From Camelus dromedarius (lineage: Eukaryota), in contig NC_087436.1 of the NCBI RefSeq assembly GCF_036321535.1, forward strand, positions 96,226,001-96,290,000: a stretch of 64,000 bases of DNA, in the 5' to 3' direction. The translations under genes were made by a program, and so were the position numbers. The notes below the pieces were generated by a model. It had not been told where the DNA came from, did not search any database, and saw only the letters and a program-made list of their open reading frames with translations. Numbering within the stretch: position 1 is the stretch's first letter; every line of letters begins with the position of its first letter. This document shows positions 61,147 to 64,000 of the stretch, in pieces.

Positions 61147-64000
61147 ACAGCTTTACCTCTTCCCTCCCTATCTGGATACCTTTGATTTCTTTTTCTTGTC
61201 TGATTGTTGTGGCTAGGACTTTCAATACTATGTTGAGTAAAAGTGGCAAGAGTGGTCATCTTTGTCTTATTCCTCATATTAGTGGAAGTGCTTTCAGGTT
61301 TTCATTGTTGAGTATGATGTTAGCTGTAGGCTTATCACACATAGCCTTTATTATGTTGAGGTATGTTCCACTGATACTATCACTTTGTGGAGAGGTTTTT
61401 TTAAAAAAGTCAGTATCATAAATGGATATAGAACTTTGTCAAAGCCTTTTTTCCACATCTGTTGAACTGATCATACGATTTTCATTCTTCAGTTTGTTAA
61501 CGTGGTGTATCACATTGATTGATTTCTGGGTATTGAACCTTCCTTGCGTCCCTGGTATAAATCCCACTTGATCATGGTGTATAATCCTTTTAATGTATAA
61601 GTGAATTCATTTTGCTAATATTTTGTTGAGTATTTTTTGCATCTATGTTCATCAGTGATACTGGCCTGTAATTTTCTTGTTTTGTGATATATCTTTGGTT
61701 TTTGTAACAGGGTGATACTGGTCTCACAGAATGAGTTCATAAGTGTTCTTTCCTCTGCAATGTTTTGGAATAGTTTGAGAAGGCTAGGTATTAACTCTTC
61801 TCTAAATGTTTGGTAGAATTCACCTGTTAAACTATCTGATCCTGGACTTTTGTTTGTTGGGATTTCTTTTCATCCCTGGTTCCATTTCATTACTGTTCAT
61901 ATTTTCTATTTCTTCCTGGTTCAGTTTTGGAAGATTGTATATTTCTAGGAAATTGTCCATTTCTTCTAGGTTATCTATTTTACTGGAGTATAGTTGTTTA
62001 TAGTAATGTTTTATGATCTTTTGCATGTCTGTGGTGTCAGTTGTAATTTCTCCTTTTTAATTTCTGATTTTGTTGACTTGGGACCTCTCTCTTTTTTCTT
62101 AATGAGTCTGGCTAAAGGTTTATCATTAAAAAAAAATCTTTTCAAAGAACTAGCTCTTAGCTTTTTTGATTTTTTTCTATTTTTTTAAGTCTCCATTTCA
62201 CTTATTTTTGCTCTGTTTCATTTGTTCTTTTTCTAGTTCTTTTAGGTATAAGGTTAGAGTGTTTCATATTTTTCTTATTTCCTGAGATAGGCTTTTATTG
62301 CTATAAGCTTCCCTCTTAGAACTGCTTTTGCTGCATGCCCTAGATTTTGGCTCATTGTGCTTTTGTTTTCATTTGTCTCCAGGTATTTTTTGATTTCTTC
62401 AGTGATTCATTGGTTATTTAGTAGCATATTATTTAGCCTCCACATGTTTGTGTTTTTTTGCAGTTTTTCCCTTGTGGTTGATTTCTACTCTTACAGAATT
62501 GTAGTGAGAAAAGATGCTTAATAGGATTTCAGTTTTCTTAAATCAAAACTTGTTTTGTGACCTAGCATTTGACTTACCATGGAGAATGTTCCATGTGCAT
62601 ATTGAAAAGAATGTGCATTCTGCTGCTTTTGGATGAAATTTTCTATATAATTTATTAAGTTCATTTGGTCTAGTGTGCCGTTTAAGGCCAGTGTTTCCTT
62701 ATTGATTTTCTGTCTCAATGATCTCTCCATTGATTTAAACGGGGTGTTCAAGTCCCCTACTATTACTGTGTTACTGTCAGTTTCTCCATTAATGTCTATT
62801 TATATTTGCTTTATGTATTTAGGTGCTTCTATGTTGGGTGCTTGTAGATTTATAATTGTTGCATCTTCTTGGATCGATCCCTTAATCATTATGTAATGTC
62901 CTCCCTTGTCTTTTGTTACAGTATTTGTTTTAAATTCTACTTTGTCTGATATAAATATTGCTACCCCAGCTTTCTTTTGATTTCCATTTCTATGGAATAT
63001 CTTTTTCCATGTTCTCACTTTCAGTCTGTGTATGTCTTTAGACTTGAAGTAGGCAGCATATATGCAGGTTTTGTTTTTATATCCATTCAGTGACTCTGTC
63101 TTTGAGTGGAACATTTAGTCTATTTACATTTAAAGTAATTATTGGTAGGTATGTACTTATTGCCATTTTGTTAATTGTTTTGGTGTTGTTGTGTAGTTCT
63201 TTTTTGTTCCTTTCCTCTTCTCTTGCTCTCTTCTCTTATGATTTGATGACTATCTTTAATGTTATGTTTGGATCCCTGTTTTTTGTGTATCAGAGATTTT
63301 TTTATTTGTGGTTACTATGATGTTTATATATAGCAATATATATCACTCATATACACATATAGATATAGTTTTAAGCTGCTGATCTCTTACTTTCCAATGC
63401 ATTTTAATAACCCTGTATTTTTACTCCTGTCCCTCCATGATTACTGTTTTTGACATCATATTTTACATCTTTTTGTTTGATGTATCCCTTAACTGCTTAT
63501 TGTGGATATAGATGATTTTACTACTTTTGTCTTTTAATCTTCCTATGAGCTTATTTGTAGCTGATTTACTACCTTTACTGTATATTTGCCTTTTTTCTTT
63601 TATAGTTTTCCTTGAGCTTTTTCCTTTTGTAATTTGAAGTCTCTAGTTATGTTTTGTTTTGTTTTGTTTTGTTTACTTACAGAAGTCCCTTTAACATTTC
63701 TTGTCAAGCTGGTTTGGTGGTGCTAAACTCTTAACTTTTGCCTGTCGGTAAAACTATTGATCTTTCCATCAAATAGGAATGAGAGCCTTGCCAGGTAGAG
63801 TGTTCTTGGTTGTAGGCTTTTCCTTTTCATTGCTTTAAATATATTCTGTCACTTCCTTCCGGACTGCAGAGTTTCTGCTAAAAAGTCAGCTGATATCCTT
63901 ATGGGCATTCCCTTGTGTGTAAGTTGTTGCTTTTCCCTTGCTGCTTTTAATCTCTCTCTTTATCTTTAATTTTTGCCATTTTAATTATAGTATGTCTTGG
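61147..64000 (-). mobile_element. L1 (continues past window end): ORF1 3' part, inter-ORF spacer and degenerate ORF2 N-terminal half
   Basis: ORF1 C-terminus PRHTIIKMAKIKDKE..IRISADFLAETLQ..EMLKGLL stop at 63679-63677; ORF2 ATG at 63166 (MAISTYLPIITLNVN); endonuclease peptide WKKIFHRNGNQKKAGVAIFISDK..HYIMIKGSI (ORF 62800-63114); [21 protein letters not shown] (ORF 61832-62026); many frameshifts. Confidence 0.95.

Larger units (their letters stand above)
8652..64000 (-). other. NWD2: Long NWD2 intron (>55 kb; the upstream exon lies beyond the window end)
   Basis: No segment encoding the expected upstream peptide (VIDLYWG...GPCFV) was seen; region is repeat-dominated. Confidence 0.8.

Noticed and set aside
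8652..64000. Recursive splice sites or a nested gene in the long intron
   Set aside because: No pyrimidine tract + YAG|GTAAG junction and no spliceable multi-exon ORF found by eye; a computational scan could still find one.
1..64000. Prokaryotic-type systems (CRISPR, operons, defence islands)
   Set aside because: Sequence is mammalian; no spaced direct-repeat arrays or dense ORFs.

Overview
Mammalian genomic DNA, most likely a camelid (a tRNA-derived Vic-1-type SINE at ~55.1 kb plus artiodactyl-type Tigger1/Tigger2 deletion derivatives and L1 3' ends). The whole window lies inside NWD2 (NACHT and WD repeat domain containing 2, KIAA1239) on the minus strand: four coding exons are visible (8651-8448, 6380-6236, 4734-4145, and 679 to beyond base 1), all with canonical AG/GT ends and a continuous frame that contains the NACHT Walker A (GGPCTGKT) and Walker B (LVVIFDALE) motifs. 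Bases 8652-64000 are one long intron (intron 3 by human numbering as I recall it), largely a mosaic of L1, L2, MIR, LTR and DNA-transposon relics. No new multi-gene system is evident. Best second-look items: a ~325 bp L1 whose extreme 5' end is fused to its 3' end at an AG junction (spliced or internally deleted L1), a candidate 187-nt poison exon with strong splice sites, a possible ~3.6 kb ancient Gypsy/PNMA-like gag relic, a sense-oriented MER41-like LTR, three co-oriented CTCF motifs, an RE1-like site missing one base, and a (GT)12(GC)8 Z-DNA tract. Repeat family names come from recognising consensus sequences by eye; boundaries without TSD/TIR support are approximate.
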